Part shown: piece by piece, positions 12,976-25,427 of the stretch | Layout: each line of letters starts with the position of its first letter | How positions within the stretch are numbered: position 1 is the first letter of the stretch | NCBI GenBank assembly: GCA_964016885.1 | Contig: OZ024742.1 | Location: 341,186,001 to 341,250,000 of the forward strand | DNA: 64,000 nt | Reading direction: 5' to 3' | Source: Eledone cirrhosa | Lineage: Eukaryota | The notes under the pieces: model-generated | The model's input: the letters and a program-made list of their open reading frames with translations, nothing else | Told to the model about the DNA's origin: nothing | Databases searched by the model: none | Program-made: the position numbers and the translations under genes

Positions 12976-15900
12976 GATTTCATTTATTGGCCACAAGGGT
13001 CGACATATAGGAGACAATACAAAAGACTGGGACAGTGGAGTTTTACAGAAAAATCGAGTAAACAATATGAATAGCAATAACAAAGTAACAATAACAATAC
13101 AACAAGAAAAATTCCACAATAGGGGTGATGGCCACCCAGGGTTCGCTCAGGTGCCCCACCAATCCTGAACGACCCGACGTTTCGAGAGCACCCTGGAAAG
13201 GCACCCCTCTCCTCCTCAAATTTACACACCTTCAGGCGCATGACCAGCTATTCTCTCCACATTCACCCACCTTTCAGCAAATGTACTGGAGGGCAGCACT
13301 TCTCCCCCCCCCCCCCTCACCTTCCTTTCCAAGTGAAACTTGAAAAAGTTGATGAGGGATTGGCCGAAGAGAAAAGTGTCTGTCTTCAGTCCTTTCAACC
13401 TCGTCCACCATACAACCTCTTTCGCTACTGCCACCAGACAGAGGAAAATTGCCTGCCCTTCCTGGCAGGTCGATCTTCACTATGGACTCGGCCGATAGCC
13501 GGATCCGTTCTACACGCGACAACAGCTGTTCGACATAACTCCACAAGTCAGTAATGCACGGGCACTGGACGAGTGCGTGCAGAACGGTTTCGTCGCTCTG
13601 CACGCATCTCGGGCAGGTCCGTCTGACAGCACTTCCGTGCCTGTAGAGTTTATCTCGAACCGGCAGTGCCCCGCGGTAGCACTGCCAAGCGAGGGATTTT
13701 TGGAAAATATCCATCGTCCCCGGCTCGAAATTCCTCCGGAACAGACTGGTTAGTTCGACTTCGTCGACTCCCAGAGCCTCTCCGAGTGCTCGTCGCACTT
13801 GCCCACCACTAATCCTCTATAGAACTTGAGAGTGGAAGTTCAACTCACCGCATTTCCCGCTGTGAGTGCTTGGCAACATTCTAGATGCCAGTCACCCAGT
13901 CTCGATCTCTTCTTGACAGAGGACTGCAGTTCAGTCAAACAAACGAGCTGCGGAAAGACCCGTCTGACAAACGGCGACCACACCTGTTCACCGTTTAGGC
14001 AGAATATCTGGAGATGCCGCAGCCTCAGCGCGTGTCTGCGCATCATTAGCCACGGCATATCCATCCCTCCACATAGAGGGTGCTGGCAGCAGATGGACCG
14101 CCTCACCAGCGGAACCTGACCCCTCCACAAGAATTTGAAGAGGAGCCGCTCCAAGATGATGAGGCGCGAACGGGGGCAAGGGACGACAGTCAGACGGTAG
14201 TAGACGACGGGCGCGATGTACGCGTTCGCCACCTTCGCTCGATCTGTCAGTGATAGCATCCTCCCAGCCCATTTCTGGGTAAGACTGGCTACCCTGCCCG
14301 TCACCTCGTCCCAATTCTTATCCACCTGGAGGTCTGGCCCGAACCAAACCCCGAGCAACTAACGACGGTTGGATGGCATGGACTTTCCTCTCCAGGTGCC
14401 GAGTTGCTAGCCCACCGACTTTTCCGGGTTAAGTTTTGCTCCCGTCAACCTTTCATATTCCTCCAATAAGTTGCCAACCACCTCGATTTCTGAGGTGTCC
14501 GACACCATCACGGTGATATCATCCGCATAAGCCGACACAGCCTTTTCGCGTCCCGGTTCGAGCGGGATGCTCTGCAACAGCTCCAGCTTCCGCAATAAAG
14601 GCTCGAGAGTCAATACGTACAGAAGAGAGGAGAGAGGGCACCCTTGACGGACCGATCGGGAGACCTGAAACGGTTCCGCGAGGTGTCCATTAATTTTGAC
14701 CACCGAGAGGGTGCCGCTGTGCATTGCAGCGATCCAGGTACCCATGGTCGACCCTATCGAATGCTTTCGATTGATTTAAATTGATCAGAGCCCCACCGTA
14801 GAGGGCTTCGAGGAGATTGGAGAACAAGTCTGGCATATTTACGTAAAGCTCGTAGGGCACACCATCCAAACCGGGTGACTTGCGCCTCATGCAGCCGACA
14901 AGGGCATCCTGAATCTCGGCTGAAGTAATTGGCTTTTCACAGCGCCCAGCGTTAACCGTCGAGAGTTGCGGCAAGCCATCGAGGTAGGGACTGAAGTACG
15001 CCACCGTCTTTGACCCGCCACTTCCCCCGAACAACCGAGAAAAATGTTAGCGAAAGGCCTCACACATCCGCTTGGAATCGCTCAGCTCGTGTCCGTATTG
15101 GTCCGTCAAAGATCGAATCGTGGTTTTATTACCACGCTGCGCCTCTGCCACGCGGGCCCATCGAACAGCTTTGGTTCCCTCGTTTCTCAGAGCACGCGCC
15201 TTAGCTCTGACAATGCAACGTTCGTGTTTCGCATAGAAGAAATGGTCTAATGCCATTCTCGCCCCCCACCATCTATTGCTGACGACTCCCCTGTCAACTT
15301 TTTCGTAACTAAATTGTTGACCTGGTCCCTGTAAACCTTACGTGCCGGAAATTACATGTTTAGCTTCCAGTAATCAGGTCCTAACCTACGCGTCTTATCT
15401 AGGTCGACCATACAGATCACACATTGGTTATCTGAATAGGCGACCGTTTTAAAACGTGGACAGCTTACACTATTTCTGTCTATTTTCCTAATGAATATCC
15501 TGTCTATATACGATCTAGATGACCCTATGCGGTTAGCCGAGGTCCACACAGGCGCATTAGGGAAATCTAGTCGGTACCTGTCAGACAATTGGAACAGGCT
15601 GATTAAGTTCTTGAGGCTTTTGCACGCCCCGCTCTTATCGGATACTCCCACACAGTCCCATCGTGCGTCTAAGATGCCGTTCCAGTCCCCGCTAACAGTA
15701 AAGGGCGAAACGTACCCAGAAAGGCTTCCAGATGTCTAAAGAAGTAGGGCCATCCTGTCCCAGTAGGGGCATAGACGGCTACCAGTCTAAAGGCACCACC
15801 TTCGTTATTGTTCACGTCCAGAACCACCAAATTCCAGTCCGGTTCCCGGAAGATCGACCTTACCTCGAGATCCAGGCCTTTCCTAAACAGCACTGCCACC

Positions 15901-18275
15901 CCGCCTCCCATTCCCGGCCGGCTAACAGATGCAAAGATCTGATCGTCGTCGAAAATGGGGGCTAGTGCGCGCGTGTCGGAAATACTGGTCTCGCTGACGG
16001 CAATTACAACCATTTCTAGAGACCTGAGGTCGTTGAGCAGGTGACCCTGCTTCCAGGACGATCCCAGGCCTCGAACATTTAAACTTCCTACTCTTAATAC
16101 GGCCAAGTTGGCAGGTTAAAAAGAGAGAGGAAGGTTTACTTACCTTCCGGGTTCTTGTGAAGTTCGGGCGGTTCGACCTCCATTCTTTTGGGAACCCCTT
16201 TAAAATTCTTGAAGTGGGTTTTACGTTCGGGGTTCCCAAGTCCCGAGGAAAGGTGTCTCGTATATCTTTGTATAAATCGAGCGACATTCGCACCAGAAAC
16301 AAATCTTCCGGCACGCGAAATGTGCTCGATTTAAACATTTCCTCCTCTTTTTGTATATTTTCACTTGGTGCTACGAAGGCCATCAATTCCTTGTTGGCCC
16401 TCCTGACGAGCACGAAGTTTTGTATGTTTTGTTGGTGTGATTTTATTTGTTCGCGTGGCTGTGGTGGTGATGGTTTTGGTGGTGTTGTTTCGGTTGTGTC
16501 TGTGTTTGTTGTGAGTGCGGTGTCTGTGGTTTCAGATGTTTGTGTGTGTCTTTGTTCTTGCGTTTGTTTAGGTTGTTTGCGTTTGGGGGATTCTGGTGAT
16601 GGTGGTGTTGATGTTGGTGTTATTGGAGAGATATTTGCGTGGGTGGTGTCTGCATTTTTTATTGTGGGTGATTTTGTGCTTTATTGAGTTTTTCTTTCCT
16701 TTTTGTGTTTCCTTTTTTGTATATTGGGGGATTTTGGTTTTCCCTCATCTTCACTACTGGTAGATGAGGGTTCTGTGTCTGTAAGTATGTCTGTGTGTGT
16801 GTTTATGTTTTTATTGGTGTGTGTTTTGGGGGGGAGGGAGAATTTGACAACTTTCCTCGTTTCCCCCCTGGGTGGTCAATGTTGGTGGTGGTCTTTCTAT
16901 TGGTGTTGTTGTTGGTGGTTTTGCCGGTGCTGGTGTTGGTTGTGGTCCTCTCTCCGGCGTCGGCAGCAGTGGAGCCTTTCGACCCCTTGCTTCTTTTAAC
17001 AGTTGAGGGCAGAAGGCTCGCAAATGGGTTTTTTCCCCACAAACAAAACAATGCGGTCTTTTGCCCTCGGTCATATGAATGACCGTCCTATTCTGAAGGC
17101 GGATGTGGTCCGGGATTGTCTTCACATTCTCGGGCCTGATCTGGAGAAGGATCTCCAGGTCAACCCCGGACGAGTCCTCTCTGACCGTTCTGGTCACTTC
17201 TATCGGGACGGTATCCGTCTCCTCCACAATCACACATCCCAGAAGCCACCACATGTCAAGTCCTGGTGGGATTCTGTGAATGCGGAGAGGGGCCGTTCTT
17301 TTTCCCATGTGGGAGGGGTACATTATGACCTTGCTGGTTTTGCAAGGAGTCATAGCGTGTTTCATAGCGAGGGCTTCTGACTTGAACAGTACCGAAATGG
17401 TGCCTTACTGTCTGCCCGTCGCTATGTATTCGGAGTCTTCTCTGATGCACCTCAGCGTGACTTCGACATTTGATTGTGGGATTAAAGCTGCTCTTTTGGT
17501 TTGTGCTGAGATGCATCTATAATGCACCGTTCTGCGCTCCACTGCCTCAATAGCTTCTACCGGGACAGTTAAGTTGGCCCAGGTTTGCTCCTGCTTGATG
17601 AACTTCCAGGCCTGGGCCAACTTTTCATCTTTGTTTGAGAGGTCCATGTTGAAGCATGGCCTCATTTTTTGCTGCCGCCGCAGCGAAAGTGTTGTTGTTG
17701 TTGTCGTTGGGGGTGTTGTTGTTGTTGTTCTTGTTGGTATTGTTGTTATCACTGTCGCTGTTATCATTGTTGTCTTTGGTGCCGCCGTTGTTCTCGGTGC
17801 AGTTGGTATTGTTGCTGTTGGTGTTGTCGCTGTTTGTTTTCATGTTAGTGGTGTTGATATTGTTGTTGCATTTGTCATTATTTCTGTTATCTGTATTTTC
17901 GTTGTCGCTGTTACTGTCATTTTTGTCAAAATTAGAGTTCTCAGTGTTGTTATCATTGCTGTCTTTGTTCACATTGTTTGTAGTGGTGTTTGTTGTATCA
18001 ATTTCTGTTAATTTCGCCGTAGCGCTCCTCTCAACTTCAACGTCGTTGTCGCAAGACAGCAGACATATCGCTGGGGGCGTGGCTCAGCCATGTTTTTTTT
18101 GTTGTTTTTTTTTCTCGATAATATTTTAAAATGTAAAAAATTTCAAATATTTGGGCCAAAAGGCCCAAATATTATTCTTTCCCCTTCACAGGGCAAATTC
18201 CAAGGACTTGTATGCCTTATATAACAACAAAAAATAAGTTTTCACAGGTAAATAAATAAACTTACGGGAGCGAGT
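12976..18275 (-). mobile_element. L1/Tx1-clade LINE copy B, full span, decayed, divergent subfamily
   Basis: ORF1 starts at 18091 (CFVCGEKTHLRAFC). ORF2 starts at 16106 (GSLNVRGL, SVRQGCPLS, AYADD, CPRC..DETVLHAL..C). The 5' UTR matches copy A and the flanks are AAT-rich. Confidence 0.92.
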
Positions 18276-18289
18276 ATTATAATAATAAT

Positions 18290-18835
18290 AATAATTGTTT
18301 CTACTTTAGGCAGAAAGCCAGCAATTACCCAGTGCATTAATGGTACTTTATTTTATCGACCCCGGAAGGATGAAGGGCAAAGTTAACCTCGGCGGGATTT
18401 GAACTCTGAATGGAAAGGGCCGTATCTCTATGCTTCAAAGTATAGAGTTACGGCCCTTTCCATTCTGAGTTCAAATCCCACCGAGGTTAACTTTGCCTTT
18501 CATCCTTACGAGGTCGATAAACTAAAGTATCAGTAACATAATTGGGTCGATTTAATCGACTCTTCCCTCTTCCCTAGCCTTGTGTCTAAATGAACCAGTA
18601 TTATAATAAAGGGCGATGGATTGGCAATAATCGGTAGAGCGTCGGACAACATGCTTTGCAGTATAGAGTTGCAGCCCTTTACGGTTTGAGTTCAAATCCC
18701 ACCGAGGTTAGCTTTGCCTTTTATCCTTAAGGGGTCGATAAAATAAAGTACCAGTAATGCACTGAGGTCGATTTCATCGACTTCCCCCTACCCCCAAATT
18801 GTTATCCAAATTGTAAAGTTGAAACAATTATTATT
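18290..18835. mobile_element. Cluster of three SINE B copies: inverted pair (18290-18435 minus, 18437-18600 plus) and a plus copy 18612-18835
   Basis: Hairpin centred at ~18436 (gggccgtatctctatgctt / aagtatagagttacggccc). The third copy has the tRNA-like head. Confidence 0.88.
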
Positions 18836-19059
18836 CGACTTACGTTGAAGAGTTGATTTCGCTCAACAAAACGCGTGTTCTTGCGTTTCTCCTGGCTATG
18901 TCTTTGTTGAAATATCGAATTTAATATATTAAAAAATCGTCCAATGGACTGAATGCTCTTCATCTTGGATATATTCACCAAATCATTATTATATATATAT
19001 ATTGTATGTATTATATATATGTATTATATCTCTATATATATATTATATTAATATAGAAA

Positions 19060-19110
19060 GGCTTCTACAGGACTAGAACTGTTTCATTCAGGAGAAATCA
19101 TCAGGAAGCC
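19060..19110 (-). ncRNA. Type I hammerhead ribozyme, canonical core
   Basis: ggcttc CTGATGA t-ttc-tcct-gaa-t GAAA cag-ttctagtc-ctg TA gaagcc. Stem I is 6 bp and the site is GUA. A relative lies at 44861. Confidence 0.88.
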
Positions 19111-19687
19111 GTCTGTCCAAGTAAGATGGTGGTATTTATATCTTTTCTGGTGGTAGGAGAGGGTGGTGATTGGGATGGGTGGAGGTCATTGGTTGATGGG
19201 TTTAAAGAAAAGGGATTTCTTTAAAAACTATATTTAGAATATCAAAGGCAGAAAGAATTCTATAGACAGGTTCACTGTAGGGATGCCACTCCTGATTTTT
19301 AAGGTTCACTTAAGCTAACAATGCCTTTGGTCATTTATATATATGTATATATTAAAAGAATATATTGAGTTAACAACTTACAATAGTCCCTTATAACCCC
19401 TGGTCGTGAGTATCCATTGAAAAGCAAAAGTAAATCTTTTCACTGAATTGCGAAACACTTCTACCCGTAAGCTCTCTGGATACGTGATAGTTATCATAGT
19501 AGGTTTGTATATCTCAATTTAGCCTTTTAATTGAGTTCTTTGAACCATACTATTTTAGTCAGTATTTTTTTCACCCTGGCGGTTTCTGTCCCTTCCCCTA
19601 TGATTTGAGACAAACACGGATATATCATAGTTATATATCCGTCTTCGTCTCTCTTTGCCGTGTTATATATGTATATATGCATATATA

Positions 19688-20522
19688 TCTATATATATAA
19701 AATAGAGAATGTCTGTCTGTCTGTCTGTTTGTCTGTTTCCCTAAAACTCGAGAACCACCCAACCGATTTTTTTCAAACTTTACACATGTAATACTTCGTA
19801 TGAGTGTTATGAGCAAAAAATATTTCAAATTTTCTATGCCCTAGGGACCGCATTAGGATAAAACCGCATATTTTAGGCTTTAAGGGCTTTTTTGAGGCAT
19901 AACGGAACAATAATTTAGGCGATTTCTTCAGAATTTGCGTTACTTATGTCGTTTAAAGTGTTTTGAGCAAAACAGATTTTCTCATTTTTTGCCCCAGGGA
20001 CAGCATTAGGAGAAAAACCAATTTTTAAAAAGCATTTTAGTTGCTTTAGGGACTGTAACTCGAGAAGTACCCAACCGATTTTTTTTTTTAACTTTGCATA
20101 AGCATTACTTATGTTTCACAAATTTATTTGACTGAAAAATATTTCAAATTTTGGTAACCTTAAAAGTAACCTTAAAAGTATCCAACTAAATTCCTTCATG
20201 CTCTCCACTGCAGTCCCACATGCTTACTGCTCTGTAACTATTGCTTTCATTGTATCGTAGCACAACAAATACATGTTCGGTTTGTCGAATGCCTTTTTAC
20301 TTAACTCTATTGTCTTGGATTTCGTGGGTTGAACATTTTACTCTCAGGCACCCAATTAAGTCAAACCCCTGGTAATCTACGACGAATTTTTTTATAAGCA
20401 CAAAATGTAGACACCATCCCCAGGCCGAGGTATTCCGTACTTCTCTGTACTGTTTCATAAAGGAGCGATAAACATGCCAATCTATGTTTCACATCCCGAG
20501 CAGCACCGGGCCATTCAGCTAG
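19688..20522 (+). mobile_element. Non-autonomous Helitron
   Basis: A|TC start with TCTATATATATAAAA and (GTCT)n. Subterminal hairpin cccg-agcagcac-cggg, CTAG|T end, and internal ~150-bp direct repeats. Confidence 0.85.
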
Positions 20523-20530
20523 TATTTATA

Positions 20531-20585
<55 letters not shown>

Positions 20586-20597
20586 ACATATATATAT

Positions 20598-21460
20598 GGA
20601 AAAGAAATCAAAGAACGCCTACATACTCATACAATTTTTATTTGCTAACAATGTTTCATCCATACCATTGGGCAGGAATCATCAGAGCTTTACAAATAAA
20701 ATTACAATGCTGAGTATAGGCTCTACCGAGCTTCGTCACATGATTAGAAGTACAATAGAGGGCAACCAGAGGGAGATCGGAAATAGCGAGTATTGAGAGA
20801 GTGCATAGTGGGGTTGTTATTCAACACTACAGCTAAATGCAATGGTACAGGCAGATTTTTTCAAGATGCAAAAGCACGTGAAGGCACACAAAAGCAAACA
20901 ATATAAACAATAGTTAAAATATATAACAATAAATAAAAGGAAAGTAATAATATAAAGAGATTAAAAAATGTTAAAAAAGAAAAAAGAAAAAGTTTTTTAA
21001 GGCACACAAAACACAGAAGGAGATATGCGTTGCTCACTATATATAACAGGTGATTTAGTTCTCCATAACTTAGAGTTATAGAAATACTAAAAGGCTCCCA
21101 AGGTACCTTCAGAAATCCCAGTTGGGATTTTATTCCTCCCTATAGTATACATAATCAAGGTATACTAGTAGGTTACGGAATTATGTGGACCATGGGTGCT
21201 ATACCTGTATGTATACATGCACCACATAAATAAATACAGGCGAAACACAAGCAAAGCAGGGTTATTGCATGATCAAGCTAAAGCAAATGACATAACAAAA
21301 AAACACACATCTGGCGAGGAGTCACAACATATTCATATCTACCGAAGAGGTTATAAAGATAGTGGATTATCAGTAGATAGTTTTACGCTCCAGGGTTTAA
21401 ACATATGTAGATGGTCCTTAAAGTTCAAACCAATCGGAATTAAACGATCACCAAAACAAA
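20598..21460 (-). mobile_element. PLE 3'-end remnant
   Basis: RLIPIGLN resembles the L.P.GLN GIY-YIG tail. A long UTR ends in an HHR and then (TA)n. Confidence 0.55.
20644..20688 (-). ncRNA. Type I hammerhead motif
   Basis: gct CTGATGA t-tcc...gga-t GAAA cattg TT agc. Confidence 0.7.
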
Positions 21461-22119
21461 ACATCACATATAGTAACATGCAATACAGGTTGAATACATG
21501 CATTAAAAAAATCCCCACGTGTTCAAAATCCCAACCGTGAGGCACAATGTGTCCGAGTCGCAGCTCCGGATCCTGTACAACCAAATTCATCACACCCAAT
21601 CCAGCCGCAATACATCAAGATAATGCCAGGTTAAGCGTAGCAGTAATACACTGTTGGCCAATACAGCACGTGGAAAATAGAAAATAACACAAAGTGCTCA
21701 AATCAGTAAATCTACCAGGTACCCAATATGTATATTAGGTGGGGTCATACCCAAATAGGCATATACAAATTATCTAAGACAGCTTACATACCACGCGGAG
21801 ATTTAGGAATTCTGCTCCATCAACAATAAACACACGCTAATTCATTCTTCACCACCATGTGCAAAACACATCAATAAATGACGTAAAAGGCAGACCCACG
21901 TTACGTCTTCCTCACCGCTACGGGTATATACACATCATTTCATGACGTAGCATTTACATACGGCGTGTTACTCCCTCCAATCACCAAGTTACGACGTTAC
22001 AGTGGTAAAGAAGGGGGTGGGGACTAATCTAACGTGTTAACTATAAGGCTATTTAATTCGAACAGTCACCAGAAATTTAAATTTTAATCACCAAGTAAAT
22101 AATCGTACTAATTCAACAA

Positions 22120-22381
22120 TATTGCAATCGAAAGGTTGTGAGTTCAATTCTCGGACCGGGTGATGTGTTGTTTCCTTGAGCATGACACTTTATTTCACGT
22201 TGCTCCAGTTTACTCAGCTGAAAATGAGTACCAGCAATAGCTGGAGGTTTAACCCTGCGATGGACTGGCGTCCTGTCCAGGGGGGGGGGGGGGGGTCTTG
22301 TACTCTCAGTCGCTTCACACCATGAAACCGGGATAAGCACCGGCCATATGAGCCTTCTGGCTTGAGACAGACTTTAGACTT
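22120..22381 (+). mobile_element. SINE family A, 5'-truncated
   Basis: Closely matches 4385-4622. Confidence 0.88.
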
Positions 22382-22542
22382 ACCTGATCAATGAAACAAT
22401 TGTTAATACTATAAATATAACCCTTTTTGTACAGTCGACCATGTTATTCTTCACTCTTTCACTACTATTACTCCAAGAATGACCTGCATAGGAATTCTCA
22501 CGAACTCGCCACCTAACTATGGAAACCTCTTGTTGAGTCAAA

Positions 22543-22625
22543 TAATTATTTCTACTTTAAGCACAAGGCCAGCAATTATCCCAGTGCATTACTGGTACTT
22601 TATTTTATCGACCCCGTAAGGATGA
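22543..22625 (-). mobile_element. SINE family B 3' fragment
   Basis: gcacaaggccagcaattatcccagtgcattactggtactttattttatcgacccc. Confidence 0.85.
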
Positions 22626-22716
22626 ATCAAATAATGCCGTACGTTAAGGCTGTCCACAATACAGAGAGAGTACTCACAACCTCTAACTGGATTACCTAAA
22701 ACGATAACTTGGTGTC

Positions 22717-22766
<50 letters not shown>

Positions 22767-22773
<7 letters not shown>

Positions 22774-23265
22774 TTAGTTAAGCAAAACAAGACCACAAAC
22801 TTCACAAGGAAGACATTATTAAAAGATTGTCAACATATTTTAATTCGTGTGAGATCTGACCCATAAGCAGATCTCACACAATGCAGCCTCGACAGATGAA
22901 TACTGCTTGATTATGGCTGACAGCTGATGCAACCAAGACACCATAGTAAAAACCAATATATGGAACATTATGTTATGTAACATTATTTTAATTTATATTC
23001 CTTTGAGTTCCGATGAGCCACTCTGTTTTTTAAAATATGTTAATTATTTTCAACTGAACCAGATCAATTATGATATATAGCCATCTGATCCAGAAATATT
23101 ATATGGAGTAGCGAAAGAATTGTAAACGGACATTATTATTATTATTAATATTATTATTATTATTATTCTCTACATTCCTTACATCAAACTAAAATATGTT
23201 GACAATCTTTTAATAATGTCTTCCTTGTGAAGTTTGTGGTCTTGTTTTGCTTAACTAATGAATAT
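22767..23265. repeat. ~75-bp inverted repeat (22767-22842 / 23190-23265) enclosing an HHR
   Basis: ttcattagttaagcaaaacaagaccacaaacttcacaaggaagac... and its reverse complement. Confidence 0.92.
23007..23127 (+). ncRNA. Type I hammerhead motif, U4C core, long stem II
   Basis: gtt CCGATGA gccactc...~80 nt...gagtagc GAAA gaattg TA aac. Confidence 0.6.
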
Positions 23266-23462
23266 TTCCAGCTCTGCGTACTTAACTTCTGCATGAACCC
23301 AGCCACCTAGCTGCTTTTTACTGCATATTGCACATTGAGCACATGCCTTTACGCTTTGGCTTCTAACTAACTCACCAATCTTTCCTCTCATATCTCCTCT
23401 ACTATCTCCATCTCTCTATTTAAGATTGGTTACTCTTGAACTGTGTTATATATATATATATT

Positions 23463-23958
23463 GTCAGGTTGCTCTCCAGTGATACTGGTATCATGTAACC
23501 CAGTACAACCTGTCTCATGATCTGGTCGTCGGCGACTAAACAGGCAGCCCCACCAAGTTTGCTTGGTGAGGAGGGTGATATTTGGACACCCTGCGGCAAA
23601 GGGCGGAGGAACTCAGCAGAGTCAACGTCCATGTGTTTTTGTTTTTTTTAAAAGTTATACGGAGAGGTTAAACTCCGAGGCATGAAACGCTGGGGACTGT
23701 CATTGTATTTTCCGTGGCAAACGTTTGCATCGTGGATATGTGTCGTCAGTTCCAAAACGTGTCCTACACAACCTTTCACCACTTAAAACAAAACTTTGAG
23801 TGGATAGTTCAACATCAGTTCACTTTCTCACATTTCCGCCAGTGTTTTGCAGGCGGAGTCCGTAGGCGATGGCGGGATTGAAATGTCACATGAGACACCA
23901 CCATCGAGAGAGCTGAACTGTTGTTGGACGTTCATACGTCGGATATCGATGGGAGTGT

Positions 23959-23960
<2 letters not shown>
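23463..23960 (+). mobile_element. Probable LINE (RTE-like) 5' UTR with HDV-like ribozyme remnant
   Basis: GC-rich structured island between (TA)n runs, with a partial HDV-type topology at 23488-23544. Confidence 0.4.
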
Positions 23961-24012
<52 letters not shown>

Positions 24013-24059
24013 TGTGTATACGTACATACATATATGTATACAGGTATACAGACGTACAG

Positions 24060-25000
24060 TGGTACGTCAGCGCAAAGATAAAATGGGAAGAATTGGAATT
24101 TGGGTGTCTTATTACTTGCGCATATGTCTAGATGTGCACCGAGTGGTATCTGTATCTGTCTCGTGGTTGGATCTCGTAATTGTTGGCGATGAACTGTCAT
24201 TCTGTTTCTGAGTGTGAGTTTAGTTTGTCCTATATAATCTTCATTGCATCCTTTACATTTAATGGCATAAAGTAAATTTTTTGATGAGCAAGTGAACTGA
24301 TGTTTTACAACAAAATGTTGTCCTGATTGAAATGTACACATATTGCCTTCAATGAGGTGAGTGCAGGTTCCACAATTAGAGCGACCACATTTTTTAACAG
24401 TTGGTTGTGGGTTTGTGGTAGGTAATTTGGCATTGGTGAGTAATGTTTTTAGTGATTTCGGTTGTCTTCTGCTTTTGATTATTTTGTGTTTCAAGGGCTT
24501 TTTTCATTCTTGCGTCTTGTTTCAATAGTGGGCCATCCTTGTGAATAGTGTTGTAAGCTTCCGCATTTCTTGGGTTGTGTGTTGAGATATATGATAGAAT
24601 ATTGGATGTATCTTGAATTTGTTTCTGTTTTAGTAATTCATCAATGCCTATTGCTTTAGCCCTTTCTATTCCATTATTTATTAGTAATGGTGGGTACTGT
24701 CTTTCGAGTAGAATTTCCTTTAATTCTTGAAGTCTTTTATTTCGCGTTACATAATTGGATTTGATCTTGGCTGTATTCCATTTTGAATTGGATGTGGTTT
24801 TTAACCTAGCAAGAAGAATTTTCACAATTGTCTCCAATTATGAAACGCGAAATAAAAGATTTCAAGAATTAAAGGAAATTCTACTCGAAAGACCCACCAT
24901 TACTAATAAATAATGGAATAGAAAGGGCCAAAGCAATAGGCATTGATGAATTACGAAAACAGAAACAAATTCAAGGTACGTTCAATATTCTATCATATAT
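24060..25000 (-). mobile_element. PLE fragment (thumb, Cys linker, GIY-YIG) with inverted 5' duplication
   Basis: CGRSNCGTC, FTCSSKNLLYAIKCKGCNEDYIGQT..LRNRM..H. Bases 24845-24997 are the reverse complement of ~24585-24747. Confidence 0.88.
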
Positions 25001-25354
25001 TAATTATCTTATGTTGTTTATTACATAACTAAAAAGCTCTGTAGCTTACATAGAGCACTCTCTTTTCATTTACCTTTCCTACAGAAATACTTCATATATA
25101 TATATAAACCCGTAGAACAAATATTTATTATTAGTACAGATGATACAATAAACTACTACTTCCACTCCACTTCTGAAGATACTGCGGGTGACGTATGAAG
25201 CATTGTGATGATTTGAAATTTGAAATGTGTGCATCACAACACAAATCAACATAACAATAGTCGAACACGATAAATAATAGTTGAGAATAATTGAGTAAAT
25301 CACCCCTGACCACACAATAAATTCGATTGCAAATTAACTGTTTACAGAAAAACT

Positions 25355-25427
<73 letters not shown>

